A stretch of DNA of 64,000 bases. It comes from an uncultured Gemmatimonadales bacterium (GTDB lineage: Bacteria > Gemmatimonadota > Gemmatimonadetes > Longimicrobiales > Gaopeijiaceae). The DNA lies in the NCBI GenBank assembly GCA_963809895.1, contig CAWELD010000003.1:3584001-3648000 (forward strand). Direction: 5' to 3'. Below are positions 29,749 to 38,070 of this stretch, piece by piece. The translations under genes and the position numbers were made by a program. Each line of letters begins with the position of its first letter. The first letter of the stretch is position 1. The notes under the pieces were generated by a model. It made no database searches, was not told where the DNA came from, and saw only the letters and a program-made list of their open reading frames with translations.

Positions 29749-32664
29749 TTACGTTCTGGGATCCGGCTCCACGCGGAACGTCTGCTCCTGGCTCGCCCCG
29801 CTCACGGTCAGTCGCGCGGTGAAGGTGCCGGGGAGCGTGACCACCGGCCGCTGGGGGCCGCGGCCGCCGAACCCGCCGCCGAATCCCCGCCCTCCTCCGG
29901 TGAACGGGGTCCACACCGCCCGGTGCATGCCCGCCGAGGTGGCGAAGGGCTCGGGTGGCTGTTGCCACAGGGGCGAGGTGCGCGGGATGCCGCCCTGGCC
30001 TCCCCCTCCGCCGCCCCCGGGCCCTCTCCCCTGCGAGGGCGGCGGCGGGAAGGTCTCCAGCACCGTGCCCTCGTCGTCCAGGATCTCCAGCGTCACGGCG
30101 CCGGGTGCGTCGGCGCCCAGGTAGTAGTCGAGGAACACGCCTTCCGGGGGATTCTCCGCCTGGGGTTCGTCCTTCTGGAAGGGCGTGCCGTTGTCACCGC
30201 CCTGGTCGTAGAGGGTCGTGTCCCGGGGCCGGAACAGGTGCGCGGCGGCGGCCACCACCTGCGCGTCGGCCTGCCTGAGCGCCGCGATGCCGTCGATGAC
30301 CCAGAACCCACGGCCGTGGGTGGCCACGATGAGGTCGCCGTCGTGGACCTGGAAGTCGCGCACCGAGGTCACCGGCATGTTGAGCTGGAGCGGCTGCCAG
30401 TGATCCCCGTCGTCGAACGAGACGAAGGCGCCCCGCTCGGTGCCGGCGAAGAGGAGACCCTGCCGCTCGGGGTCCTCGCGCACCACGTGCACGTACACGC
30501 CCTCGGGCAGACCGGTGGTGATGGCGTCCCAGGTGCGCCCCATGTCGCGGGTGCGGTACACGTGGGGGTCGAAGTCCTCGAGCTGATGCCGGTCGACGCT
30601 GGCGTAGGCCGTGTTGAAGTCGAAGTGCGACGCCTCGATGGTGGTGACGCGGCTCCACGGACCCACGTCGGGTGGGGTCACGTCGGTCCAGGTGCGGCCG
30701 TCGTCGGTGGTCACCTGCACCAGGCCGTCGTCGGTGCCGGCCCACACCATGGGCACCAGCAGAGGCGAGGGCGCCAGGGTGTAGACGACGCCTCGGCGGC
30801 CGTTGGTGTCGGTCTGGTTCGCCGCGGTCTCGTCCAGATTCGGCGGCACGCCGGGCTCGGGCCGGGTCAGATCGTCGCTGATGCGCGTCCACGAGCGGGC
30901 GCCGTCGGTGGACTTGAAGACGTACTGGCTGGCGTAGTAGAGCGCCCGCGGGTCGGCCTGCGAGAGCACCAGCGGCTGGGTCCAATCCGAGCGCTCGGGC
31001 TCGGGCCCGTCGGGGGGATTGCTGGTGCCCGGGATCGCCTCGTTCCGGGCCATGTCGTAGCGGGAGCCCTTGCCCCCGTAGATGATGCCCGGGTGCAGCG
31101 GGTCGCCCACCGTGCAGCCGCTCTCGCCGCCAGCGCCGATGGGCTCCCAGTCGCGCATGGAGATCTCGGCGAACTTGCCCCGTGAGCGCACCGCCACGGC
31201 GCCGCTGTCCTGCTGTGCGCCGGTCACCCAATACGGGAAGCGGTAGTCCACGGACAGGTGGTAGATCTGGGCGATGGGCTGATTCAGCCACGAGCTCCAG
31301 GTGACCTCGGCGGCATCGGCCCGGGCGTTCTGGGTGACGATGCAGCCCTGGTCGCTGGACATGACCATGGTGCCGGGCTCGTCGGGCGAGATCCACGCCT
31401 GATGGTAGTCGTCGCCGCCGGGGGATCCCCGGATGGCCTCCCAGGTGTGGCCCCCGTCGCGCGAGCGGGCCACCACCACGTTGGACACGTAGACCAGGTC
31501 CGCGTCTTCCGGGTCCACCACCACGTGCTCGAAGTACCAGCCGCGACCCCACAGCCCGCCGTCGTCGGACAGACGGGTCCAACTCGCTCCGCCGTCGTCG
31601 GAGCGGAAGAACCCGCCCTGTCCCGTGGCGCCCTGGCCGTAGGCGCCGGCCGTGGGTGGGGGCGTCGGCGCTCCCGGGGGCGGATTCAGGTTGTCGATGA
31701 CCGCGTAGACCCGGTTGGGCTCGCTGGGGCAGACGGCGATGCCGCTCTTGCCCATGCCGTCGGTGGGCAGACCGTTGGTGAGCGCGGTCCAGGTGTCGCC
31801 CCCGTCGGTGGACTTGTAGATGCCGCCACCCGGGCCGTTGGTGGGCGCGTACACGAACCACGGCGGGCGTCGGGTATTCCACAGCCCCGCGTACACGACG
31901 CTGGGGTCGGTGGGATCGATGACCACCTCGATGGCGCCCACGTCCTCGTTCTGGTAGAGGACCTTCTCCCAGCTCCGGCCGCCGTCCTGCGAGCGGAAGA
32001 CGCCCCGGTCCGGGTGCGGGCCGTAGAAGTGGCCGATGGCCGCCACGAACACGATGTCGGGGTTCGTGGGATCCACGGCGACTCGCCCGATGTGCTGCGT
32101 GTCCTCCAGCCCTACGTGGGTCCAGGTCTCGCCGCCGTCGGTGGACTTGTAGACGCCGTTGCCGTAGCCCACCGAGTCGCGGAGCGTGGACTCACCGGTG
32201 CCCACGTAGATCACGTCGGGCGCCGAGGGCGCCACCGCCAGGGCACCGATGGACGCCACCGGCTGATCGTCGAACACCGGCTTCCACATGCGGCCCGCAT
32301 CCACGGACTTCCACACCCCGCCGTTCACCGAACCGAAGTAGAACTCGTTGGGCCGGCCTGGCACGCCGCTCACCGCATCGACCCGCCCGCTGCGGAAGGG
32401 CCCCAGCAGCCGCCAGCGCAGCCCGGAGAAGACCGATTCGGGCAGGGGACCGTCGGCCACCGCGGTCCGGGACGGCCGGAGCATGCCGTGCGCCAGATCG
32501 TGCGCGGACGCCGCGGGCGCTGCGGACCCCCGACGTGCGGCCAGGGCGTGGTCCAACGCTGGGGCCCCAACGAGAAACGCGCCCCCGTAGCGGGTGGCGC
32601 GTGTGAAGAACGAGCGGCGCGACAGGGGCCGATCGAGGGCACGGTCTTCTGAGTTGTCAGCCAC
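29749..32664 (-). CDS. BNR/VPS10 (sortilin-like) beta-propeller glycosyl hydrolase-like protein, Tat-exported
   Basis: Tat motif SRRSFF; repeated S(T)DGG.TW Asp-boxes; WRLLGPFRSGR N-terminus; start GTG 32664, 32700 alternative. Confidence 0.88.
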   Translation of the reverse strand: MADNSEDRALDRPLSRRSFFTRATRYGGAFLVGAPALDHALAARRGSAAPAASAHDLAHGMLRPSRTAVADGPLPESVFSGLRWRLLGPFRSGRVDAVSGVPGRPNEFYFGSVNGGVWKSVDAGRMWKPVFDDQPVASIGALAVAPSAPDVIYVGTGESTLRDSVGYGNGVYKSTDGGETWTHVGLEDTQHIGRVAVDPTNPDIVFVAAIGHFYGPHPDRGVFRSQDGGRSWEKVLYQNEDVGAIEVVIDPTDPSVVYAGLWNTRRPPWFVYAPTNGPGGGIYKSTDGGDTWTALTNGLPTDGMGKSGIAVCPSEPNRVYAVIDNLNPPPGAPTPPPTAGAYGQGATGQGGFFRSDDGGASWTRLSDDGGLWGRGWYFEHVVVDPEDADLVYVSNVVVARSRDGGHTWEAIRGSPGGDDYHQAWISPDEPGTMVMSSDQGCIVTQNARADAAEVTWSSWLNQPIAQIYHLSVDYRFPYWVTGAQQDSGAVAVRSRGKFAEISMRDWEPIGAGGESGCTVGDPLHPGIIYGGKGSRYDMARNEAIPGTSNPPDGPEPERSDWTQPLVLSQADPRALYYASQYVFKSTDGARSWTRISDDLTRPEPGVPPNLDETAANQTDTNGRRGVVYTLAPSPLLVPMVWAGTDDGLVQVTTDDGRTWTDVTPPDVGPWSRVTTIEASHFDFNTAYASVDRHQLEDFDPHVYRTRDMGRTWDAITTGLPEGVYVHVVREDPERQGLLFAGTERGAFVSFDDGDHWQPLQLNMPVTSVRDFQVHDGDLIVATHGRGFWVIDGIAALRQADAQVVAAAAHLFRPRDTTLYDQGGDNGTPFQKDEPQAENPPEGVFLDYYLGADAPGAVTLEILDDEGTVLETFPPPPSQGRGPGGGGGGGQGGIPRTSPLWQQPPEPFATSAGMHRAVWTPFTGGGRGFGGGFGGRGPQRPVVTLPGTFTARLTVSGASQEQTFRVEPDPRT

Positions 32665-33018
32665 GAGTGACTCCACCGGATATGGAACGACGGCCGTCAC
32701 GAGGAGGGGCAGTCGCCCCTTCCGGGCGGGAAATCGAAGCCCGCCCGGGGCGGCGCCCGGGCGAACCCGTCACCTTGGGACGCCGGAGGGCCCGTGGTCA
32801 AGTGGGGAGGTGCGGGGGTACGTCGGGCAGGGCCTCCCGCTCCACCCAGAGCCTGACGAAGGGGCTGTCGAAGGCGACGCCGCCCTGAACTGGCGGCGGA
32901 TGCGCAGTTTCCATACAATCTACAATTGGCAGCCGCCGGGCAGTCCCGATGCGCGCGCCATCCTGCGGCCCGAAGGTCGCGACCGTTTCACGTCTACGAC
33001 ATGGAGCTGACCGCACAG

Positions 33019-34470
33019 ATGAGCGACGAGCGCATCCGCAACTTCATCGGCGGCGAGTGGATGGCGTCGTCCACCACCGACGCCCTCGAGGTGATGGATC
33101 CGGGCACGGGAGAGATCCTGGGCCACGTCCCGCTGTCGAGCAGCGCCGACGTGGACGCCGCGGTGCAGGCCGCCAGGGAAGCCTTCCCTGCGTGGCGCGC
33201 CACCCCGGCGGTGGAACGGGCGCGGGTCCTGTTCCGCTTCAAGGCGCTCATGGACGAGCACAAGCACGATCTCGCCCGCCATCTGAGCCGGGAGCACGGC
33301 AAGAACGTCAAGGAGACGCTGGGCGAGATCCAGCGCGGCATCGAGAACGTGGAGCATGCCTGCGGCGTGCCCACGCTCATGATGGGCGACACCCTCGAAG
33401 ACGTGGCCGCCGGCATCGACTGCGAGACCATCCGGCAGCCGCTGGGCGTGTTCGCGGGCATCACCCCCTACAACTTCCCGGTGATGATCCCGCTGTGGTT
33501 CTGGCCCTACGCCGTGGCCACGGGCAACACCTTCGTCCTGAAGCCCAGCGAGCAGGATCCCCTGACCCACCAGAAGATCGTGGAGCTCGCCGTGGAGGCG
33601 GGCCTTCCGGCAGGCGTGCTCAACGTGGTGCACGGGGACAAGGACGTCTCGTCGGCGCTCCTCGAACATCCCGACGTGAAGGGCATCTCCTTCGTGGGAT
33701 CCAGCAAGATCGCTCGCATCATCTACGAGCGGGCGGCGGCCACCGGAAAGCGCGTGCAGGCGCTGGGTGGCGCCAAGAACCACATGATCGTGCTTCCCGA
33801 TGCCGATCTGGACGTGACCACGGACGCCATCATCAGCTCCATCTACGGCTCCGCGGGCCAGCGCTGCCTGGCCGGTAGCCAGGTGGTGGGTGTGGGCGAG
33901 GTCTACGGCGCCATTCGCCAGCGGGTTCTGGAGCGCGCCGCCGCCGTGAAAGTGGGCTACGGACTCGACGAAGACACCTTCATGGGTCCGGTGATCTCGT
34001 CCGCGCACCGGGAGCGGGTCGAGGGCTTCATCGACGCCGGCGAAAAGGAGGGCGCCCAGGTCGTTCTGGACGGCCGCGGCCGCACCGTCGAGGGCTACCC
34101 TCGCGGACACTGGGTGGGGCCCACGGTGCTGGAGAACGTGGATCCCGACATGTCGGTGGGCCGCGAGGAGATCTTCGGACCGGTGGCCGGGCTCACCCGG
34201 GCCGGATCGTTGGACGAAGCGGTGGACCTCATGCACCGCGTGGCCTACGGCAACGCCACCTCGCTCTTCACCACCAGCGGGCGCGCGGCGCGGGAGTTTC
34301 GCTACCGCGCGGGCATCAGCATGATCGGCATCAACATCGGCGTGGCCGCGCCCATGGCCTTCTTCCCCTTCGGGGGATCCAGGGCCTCGTTCTTCGGGGA
34401 CCTGCGAGCGCAGGGCAAGGACGCCATCGCCTTCTACACGGACCAGCGCGTCGTCATCTCGAGGTGGTAG
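33019..34470 (+). CDS. mmsA: CoA-acylating (methyl)malonate-semialdehyde dehydrogenase
   Basis: ITPYNFPVMIPLW, KPSEQDP, SFVGSS, KRVQALGGAKNH, GQRCLA, GINIGVAAPMAFFPFGG. Confidence 0.9.
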   Translation: MSDERIRNFIGGEWMASSTTDALEVMDPGTGEILGHVPLSSSADVDAAVQAAREAFPAWRATPAVERARVLFRFKALMDEHKHDLARHLSREHGKNVKETLGEIQRGIENVEHACGVPTLMMGDTLEDVAAGIDCETIRQPLGVFAGITPYNFPVMIPLWFWPYAVATGNTFVLKPSEQDPLTHQKIVELAVEAGLPAGVLNVVHGDKDVSSALLEHPDVKGISFVGSSKIARIIYERAAATGKRVQALGGAKNHMIVLPDADLDVTTDAIISSIYGSAGQRCLAGSQVVGVGEVYGAIRQRVLERAAAVKVGYGLDEDTFMGPVISSAHRERVEGFIDAGEKEGAQVVLDGRGRTVEGYPRGHWVGPTVLENVDPDMSVGREEIFGPVAGLTRAGSLDEAVDLMHRVAYGNATSLFTTSGRAAREFRYRAGISMIGINIGVAAPMAFFPFGGSRASFFGDLRAQGKDAIAFYTDQRVVISRW

Positions 34471-34499
34471 CGCCACCCGCCAACCAAATGGAGACATCC

Positions 34500-35828
34500 A
34501 TGAGCGCAACGCGAGCCGCCGGAGTCGGCGCCCCACGCAAGGACGAGGAGATCGTGGGGGCCCACCGGAGAAGGATGTTCCCGTGGGTGAAGCCCTACTA
34601 CGCCGAGCCCCTGGTCCTGGACGAAGGCCACGGCGTGTGGGTGAAGGACTCCGAAGGCCGCGAGTACCTGGACTTCTTCGCCGGAATCCTCACCACCTCC
34701 ATCGGCCACTGCCATCCCACGGTGACCGAGCGCGTGCACGACCAGATGTGCAAGCTCGGCCACACCTCCACCCTGTACGTGACCGAGGGCCAGATCGAGG
34801 TCGCCGACCGCCTGGTGCGGCTCGCGCCCCAGGGCCTCGAGCGCGCCGCCTTCACCAACAGCGGCACCGAGGCCATCGAGACCTCCATCACGGCGGCCCG
34901 CATCTACACCGGCCGCACCGAGGTCGTGGCGTTGCGTCACGCGTACTCCGGGCGCAGCAGCCTGGCCACGGCGATCACGGCCCATGCGCCGTGGCGTCCG
35001 CTGCCCGCGACGGTCACGGGGATCACCCACGCGCGTGCTCCCTACGTCTACCGCTCCCCACTGGGGCCCGACGCCCCCGCCGAAGCCCAGGTGGACTTCT
35101 TCATCGACGACCTGGTGGAGGTCATCGAGACCACCACCTCGGGTCGGCCCGCGGCGTTGATCGTCGAGGCCATCCAGGGCGTGGGGGGATTCATCGTGCC
35201 GCCGCCGGGCTATCTGCGGCGTGCGGCCGAAGTGATCCGGAGCTACGGGGGACTCTTCATCTGCGACGAGGTCCAGACGGGCTTCGGCCGTACGGGCACG
35301 CACTGGTTCGGCTGCCAGCACGACGGTGTCGCACCGGACATCATGGTGATGGCCAAGGGCATCGCCAACGGCTTCCCCGTGGGGGCCACCCTGGCCCGCA
35401 ACGAGGTGGCCGAGGCGTGGACTTCGCTGTCCATCTCCACCTACGGGGGCAATCCCGTGTCCATGGCCGCGGCCGGCGCCACGCTGGACGTCATGGTGGA
35501 GGAAGACGTGCCCACCCGCTCCGCCGAGCGGGGTGCGCAGGTGCGCTTCGCCCTCGAGGCGCTGGCCGAGCGCTATGACTGGATCGGCGAGGTGCGGGGC
35601 CGGGGGCTCATGCAGGCCATGGAGATCGTGGACGGCCCCGAGAGCCGGGACCCCGATCCAGCCCGCACGCGGGCGCTCCTGGAAGCGGCCAGGGACGAGG
35701 GGCTGCTGGTGGGAGCCGGCGGCCTGTCCGGGCACGTGATCCGCATGGGCCCGTCCATGCTCGTCACCGAAGACGAGACCGCCGAGGGATTGGCTCGGCT
35801 CGAGCGCGCCTGCGAGCGGGTGGCGTAG
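34500..35828 (+). CDS. Class III PLP aminotransferase (AGXT2/beta-alanine aminotransferase-like)
   Basis: YLDFFAGI, NSGTEA, IVEAIQGVGG, DEVQTGFGRTG, MAKGIANG, TYGGNP. Confidence 0.92.
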   Translation: MSATRAAGVGAPRKDEEIVGAHRRRMFPWVKPYYAEPLVLDEGHGVWVKDSEGREYLDFFAGILTTSIGHCHPTVTERVHDQMCKLGHTSTLYVTEGQIEVADRLVRLAPQGLERAAFTNSGTEAIETSITAARIYTGRTEVVALRHAYSGRSSLATAITAHAPWRPLPATVTGITHARAPYVYRSPLGPDAPAEAQVDFFIDDLVEVIETTTSGRPAALIVEAIQGVGGFIVPPPGYLRRAAEVIRSYGGLFICDEVQTGFGRTGTHWFGCQHDGVAPDIMVMAKGIANGFPVGATLARNEVAEAWTSLSISTYGGNPVSMAAAGATLDVMVEEDVPTRSAERGAQVRFALEALAERYDWIGEVRGRGLMQAMEIVDGPESRDPDPARTRALLEAARDEGLLVGAGGLSGHVIRMGPSMLVTEDETAEGLARLERACERVA

Positions 35829-35908
35829 CCGGCGACCGTTGAAGCGTCGCGGGTGCCGCGGGTGGACGCGGCGCCAGCGCGGCGTCCCGGAGGAGACCGG
35901 GACTCGCC

Positions 35909-36568
35909 TCAGGGTCCCTCGGAAAAGCGCTCGTAGGTGAGGGACATGTTGTGCTCCAACACGGCCAGCGCGCGGTCGTTGTCACCGGCGGCGATGGCCC
36001 GGATGAGCTCGTCGTGCTGGGCGATGGACTCCTCGGTCCGCTCTTCCTGCGAATAGTACCAGAGCTCCAGGCGACTCACCTGGCTGCGCAGGTCGTCGAG
36101 CAGATCGGTGAGACGTTGGCTGCCGGCCCGCTCGCACAGGAAGTGGTGGAAGCGGTTGTTGAGCTCGATGAGCCGTCCCACGTCACCCTTGTCGCGGGCA
36201 TCGGCCATTTCCCGGTTGATGGCCTTGAGACCCGTCACGTCCTCGGTGGTGAGACGGGGCAGGGCGAGTCGACCGGCCAGAAGCTCCAACGCGGACACGA
36301 TGGGATAGAGCTCCAGGAGCGCCTCCAGCGGCTCCTCGGGCACCCGGAACCCGCGGTGCGGGATGCGCTCCAGGAATCCCTCGCTGGCCAGTCGTCCGAG
36401 AGCTTCGCGCACGGGCGTGCGGCTCACCCCCAGGGCGGCGCTGACTTCCTGCTCCCGTACGAACTCCCCCAGCGCCATGGCACCGGAGAGGATGCGGGAG
36501 CGGATGGCGTTGTACGCCTGATCCGCCAGCGTGGTCTGCGAGACCTTCGGCCAGGGAGTTCTCGTCAT
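35909..36568 (-). CDS. GntR family (FCD) transcriptional regulator
   Basis: LADQAYNAIRSRI..GVSRTPVREAL; NNRFH and QHDELI FCD motifs. Confidence 0.93.
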   Translation of the reverse strand: MTRTPWPKVSQTTLADQAYNAIRSRILSGAMALGEFVREQEVSAALGVSRTPVREALGRLASEGFLERIPHRGFRVPEEPLEALLELYPIVSALELLAGRLALPRLTTEDVTGLKAINREMADARDKGDVGRLIELNNRFHHFLCERAGSQRLTDLLDDLRSQVSRLELWYYSQEERTEESIAQHDELIRAIAAGDNDRALAVLEHNMSLTYERFSEGP

Positions 36569-36794
36569 CTTCCGAGTCTCGTGAATCCGGGATCCGCTCC
36601 AGACGGGCAGTCTCGAACCTCGTCTGACGTCGGGCGAAGGCGGGGCATCCAGGTCCTGCGGCCCGGCAGAGGATACCCGACGCCGTCGCGTCCAGCAACC
36701 AGGTCGTGCCGACGGCTGCGCTCGGTCGTGAGGCCGATGCACCCCCGGACGTCGCGTCGAACCCGGGGGCGGCGGCCCGCCACGCCGGGGTCGG

Positions 36795-37871
36795 TCAGCG
36801 TCGCATGCGGCAGGCGCTGGGATACTGCTCGCAGTACACCCCGCCTTCCAGCAAGGCGTGTACCACGGCCCGGCCCAACGCATCGGCCGCCGCGCTGTAG
36901 ATGGCCTGCAGGTCCTGCACCTCCAGCGTGCCGGAGGGCGGGGTCGTGGCCATGCCGAAGACCGCGTCGCCGTCGACGAGCCCGTGAATGGGCCGGACGG
37001 ACCGGGCCAGCCCGCTGTTGGAGACCATGGCCATGCGTTGCACCTGCGTCTGATCCAGGGGTGCATCGGTGGCCACCAGCGCGATGGTGGTGTTGAACAT
37101 CTCGCCCGACGTTCCGTTGGCGTTGCCCGCGTCGCTGGGCTGGCATTCCTCGGCGCTGGGCGAGGCGAGGTGGAATTCCCCGTCCAGCTCCAGGAAGAGG
37201 CCGTAGGGCTGGCAGGTCTCGGGATTCACCGCCGAGCCGGCCGGGTTGAGCCCGACGATGGCGCCCACCGTGTAGCCGTTGGGGAGTACGACGCTGGCGG
37301 ATCCCAGGCCGTAGCGCGCGCCGGTGCCCGCGCCCTTGCGGCCCAGGGCCACGGGCCCGTCGTTGGCCGCGTCGGCGGCGCGATAGCCGAAGTCGGCGTC
37401 GGGTCGCTTCGAGAAGTCCCCGCCCCGGCCCAGGTCGAAGAGGATGGCCGACGGCACGATGGGCACCACGCCTCCGGCGATGGGATAGCCGTGGCCGTGC
37501 TCCTCCAACCAACGCATCACCCCGGTGGCGGCGTCCAATCCATAGGCGCTCCCCCCGCTGAGGACGATGGCGTTGGCCTGCGTGACCAGCCCGCCCGGCG
37601 CCAGCAGATCGGTCTCGCGCGTGCCCGGCGCGCCGCCCTGCACGTTGACGCTGGCCGTGGCCCCGTCCTCGGTGAGAATCACCGTGGTGCCCGTCAGCCA
37701 ACCGTCACCCATGCGCTGGTACTGGCCCACCTTGATCCCGGGCACGTCGGTGATCGTGTTGCTCGCTCCCGGGTGCTGCGCCTGGGCCGCGAGCGGGGTC
37801 GTGGCGGCGACGAGCAGGAGGAGGAAGACCCGATCGAAGGCGCGGCGGGTCGGGGAGGGGAGGGTGGCCAT
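36795..37871 (-). CDS. P1/S58 family self-cleaving peptidase (DmpA/NylC-like), secreted
   Basis: ITDVPGIKVG, GGAPGTRETD, SGGSAYGL, N-TTIALVATDA cleavage-site motif, DGDAVF; N-terminal signal peptide. Confidence 0.88.
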   Translation of the reverse strand: MATLPSPTRRAFDRVFLLLLVAATTPLAAQAQHPGASNTITDVPGIKVGQYQRMGDGWLTGTTVILTEDGATASVNVQGGAPGTRETDLLAPGGLVTQANAIVLSGGSAYGLDAATGVMRWLEEHGHGYPIAGGVVPIVPSAILFDLGRGGDFSKRPDADFGYRAADAANDGPVALGRKGAGTGARYGLGSASVVLPNGYTVGAIVGLNPAGSAVNPETCQPYGLFLELDGEFHLASPSAEECQPSDAGNANGTSGEMFNTTIALVATDAPLDQTQVQRMAMVSNSGLARSVRPIHGLVDGDAVFGMATTPPSGTLEVQDLQAIYSAAADALGRAVVHALLEGGVYCEQYPSACRMRR

Positions 37872-37967
37872 GGCGCGGCGTCTCCTTGGCGGACGGGTTC
37901 GAGGAGGTGCTTCCGGAAAGGTAGTGATTGCCGGCCTGCTGCGCGTTCCCGGCGGACAAAAACAAAC

Positions 37968-38010
37968 TTGACACCACATAATATACTGAATACGGTGCAT
38001 CCGAAATGCA
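37968..38010 (+). promoter_or_regulatory. AT-rich divergent promoter region with a small palindrome
   Basis: TTGACA at 37968, TACGGT 17 bp downstream, TGCAT-CCGAA-ATGCA palindrome. Confidence 0.5.
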
Positions 38011-38070
38011 CATGCCAGAGCGGGAAACGCATGTGTCAGGTCGTCTTCCAGCCTCCCCAGGAGCCACCCA